Assembly: GCF_001194135.2 (NCBI RefSeq)
Contig: NC_068991.1
Location: forward strand, 76,691,866 to 76,755,865
Direction of reading: 5' to 3'
Length of the DNA: 64,000 nt
From: Octopus bimaculoides
Taxonomy: Eukaryota
Shown here one piece after another: positions 61,348 to 64,000 of the stretch. A model generated the notes under the pieces. It was not told where the DNA came from. It saw only the letters and a list, made by a program, of their open reading frames with translations, and searched no databases. The position numbers were made by a program, and so were the translations under genes. Positions within the stretch are counted from its first letter, which is position 1; every line of letters begins with the position of its first letter.

Positions 61348-63677
61348 ATGTATGTAGGTAGGTAGGTGTGAATCTCCACCCCAGCTTGAGAGCTGGTGTT
61401 GGTTCATGTCTTCATAACATAGCAGTTTGGCAAGAGTTTGATTGAATAAGAATCAGACTTTCAAAAAAATAAGTACTGGCATCAATTTGTTCAACTAAAG
61501 CCTTTCAATGCAGTGCTCCAGTGTGGCCACATACTTCATCAAATATCTCTTTACAGAGCAAGAATCAGAGGTGGATATGAAACCCATACCTACAGAAGAA
61601 GAAAACATCAATTCAGGAAGTGGATGTAGGGTTAATTAACATCGTTATGGGAATAACCATGAAATTTAATTACGCAGTCAAAGGATTAACACCCACACAT
61701 GACCCCTTGAGTCTCATCAGCAGAATTCACTCTGTTACAGCATTCAAGCCTGATCTTTGGTTTGAGAACACCTTCCTCACTCAGTGTCATCAGTTGTGAA
61801 GATCCTGTAAAAAGAGAAGAGCAGTGCCTTCTCTCCTTCCTAGATTATCTCTATATGAAAGCCAATACATATGTTGGGTGAGTTGATTTCTCCAGTCACA
61901 CTTTACACCATATAAGGAATGAGGAAACAAAAAAATATACAGAGTTAACAGATGTGCAGACTGAGTGCACATGCTAGGCTTGGTGGCAGACAATGAGTAA
62001 AAGAACTTTCCACACACATACATATATAGTGAGAAAGAAGAGAAAAAGGCAGGGTATTTCTGGGAAGAGTTACACAAATGAGAAGTAAGGGAAAGTTGTT
62101 CTCCATTCACAAAATACAAAACAGCAATTATATTTACAACTGAATCTGCTGGAACGTTTTAAGAATACATTATTGTTTTATTTAATTCTAACCCTGTCAT
62201 GCCATATTCCCACAATAACAGGAAGAGCTTAAACAACATCTCTACTGGATTCTTCGTGAAACACATTACTATTGGAACTGTATACACAACTATTTTCTTC
62301 CTTTTGCTCAAGGTCCCAGGTGGAGAGTAAAGTTAGATATAGGGGCCCCAGCTCTGAGGGGGTCAAAATAAATATTTTTCCTTTGAAAATAAGTATGAGC
62401 ACCAACAAATTTGATGAAAATTAAATTATAATTTCTGATATCACTCATAATAGCTAAATTACTGCCGAAGATTCCCATTATATGACAGATAAAACTCTAG
62501 CATACTTGCTGTCTTGTTTCCAAATAGTAAATCCTTATTGTATAATAAATGAAGACTTGGCTTTTTTTGTGCTGAATTTCGGGCAACAATCAATCAGACA
62601 TTCAGGTCTGCCAGAAAAATTAAGTTTTAAGTTTTAGCCAACTCAGCCAAAGTAAATTCATTCGACTGTCGAAATAATAAATAGAGGATGTGACAGATAA
62701 ACTTCAGGGATTTGTTTTCTTTTGTAGTTACCATGCTAACACAAATAGTAAACCAGGTAATGGTTCCCACCCACACACCCAATACTCCATAGATCTTTCA
62801 TTTGATAAGATAATTATTTATCTGCAAAACAAGAAAGCCTGGAGTTAAAATTTTCTGGCAATTTTTGCAGTTTTGCACCAAGGTAACTTTGACCTTCACA
62901 TTCCAAACGTCATGTTTGTACCCCACAATATACCCGAAATATATAATGCACACTTTTATAAAGATGGTACAGTATTCTTTTAAAAGGATTTAGTTGTTAT
63001 TTCTAGCAAGTCAAGCAATCAGAGGGGGATCAGATTAGTTCAAAGAGAAATCACAAGATGGTGTTAAATCTTTGAATATGTTATGTGCTCTTTACAATAA
63101 AAGCACTTTCACTCATGAAGCAAAGTCATAACTAGAAAATTAAAGCCAGGCTGAATTCAATAGTAAATATCTTTAAATAATTAGATTTAATCTTAGACTT
63201 CCCTCTCTAACAAGGTAGAGGTAAACTGATAAAAGAACAGCTCACCATCCATTAGGTATATATATATATTTTTTTTTTAACATTGCAGACATTAAGATGT
63301 TTGCTTCCTGAACCCATGGTTCCAGGTTGTCCCACTGCACAGCACTATTGGAATCTGTAATCCCAGACTTGTATGTGGGTTTAGAAGACAGAAGACCACT
63401 CTGTGTGTGCACATTCACACACACACCAGTGTGCATATGCAAGTGTTTCTTTACAATCATTTATACGAGAGTGTAGTAGGCAATGTGTGGATACTTCATC
63501 ATTTCAAAGCCATGCAAAATAAGTGATACCCTATGTCATAATCCAACCTCAAAGTATGGTGAGGACAAAAAAAAAAAAAAAAAAATATGGACGCAGAATA
63601 GTTGAGGCAATCATCTTGAACTACAATCTAGTCTACACAATAACGATACATTGTGTGTGAATAGAAAAATAAAAGAC

Positions 63678-64000
63678 ATTAAACAGGCTTGGAAGGACTG
63701 GAAGAACGGTGGTAGCAGGGAATTGTACCAATGTGCCAGAAGGGAGGCTAGGCGACAGGTTTATTTAGCCAGAGGGGAAGCAGATAAGGAAAGATTTGCC
63801 AATGTTCTGCGCCATGAGGACCAAAGACTCGAGGTATTTCGTGTTGCAAGACAGTGTAGGAGAGAGAATAGTGATGTTGTAGGAGAGAAATGTGTTCGCA
63901 TGGATGATGGTACGCTTGCATTAAATGAGGATGCAAAGAAAGAGGTCTGGAGATGCCACTACGATAGATTGCTTAATAAAGAGAATGAATGGGAGAAAGA
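63678..64000 (+). mobile_element. RTE LINE ORF2 linker, 5'-truncated, open frame running off the window end
   Basis: KQAWKDWKNGGSRELYQCARREARRQVYLARGEADKERFANVLRHEDQRLEVFRVARQCRRENSDVVGEKCVRMDDGTLALNEDAKKEVWRCHYDRLLNKENEWEK, no stop in ~106 codons. Confidence 0.88.

Noticed and set aside
61844-61877. 34-nt exon-like segment with strong acceptor and donor
   Set aside because: Appears to lie within a decayed minus-strand RTE remnant, so the signals are probably incidental.

Overview
AT-rich, repeat-saturated animal genomic DNA from a draft assembly with 15 N-gaps, most of them flanked by microsatellites. The tRNA-derived SINE families, RTE/CR1/Tx1/Dong-R4 LINE fragments, very dense microsatellites and TTAGGG repeats point to an octopus (cephalopod) genome; this is inferred from recognising repeat families, not from a search. 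I found no confidently recognisable host protein-coding gene, rRNA, true tRNA or CRISPR array, so the window reads as intergenic or a long intron. Almost all listed ORFs are artefacts of microsatellites or N-runs; the remainder are transposon remnants (Tc1, hAT, probable piggyBac, RTE, CR1, Tx1/L1, Dong-R4). The most interesting signals are non-coding: (1) two copies of a motif with the architecture of a minimal Penelope-type hammerhead ribozyme beside (TA)n tracts; (2) a Merlin-like foldback MITE carrying head-to-head telomeric repeats, inserted into a SINE with an 8-bp TSD; (3) a perfect 27-bp hairpin; (4) a dimeric SINE with one shared 16-bp TSD; (5) a MITE with perfect 37-bp TIRs; (6) a unique GC-rich island with a candidate 63-nt exon. 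I see no evidence here for a new multi-gene system. Boundaries of degenerate elements are approximate.
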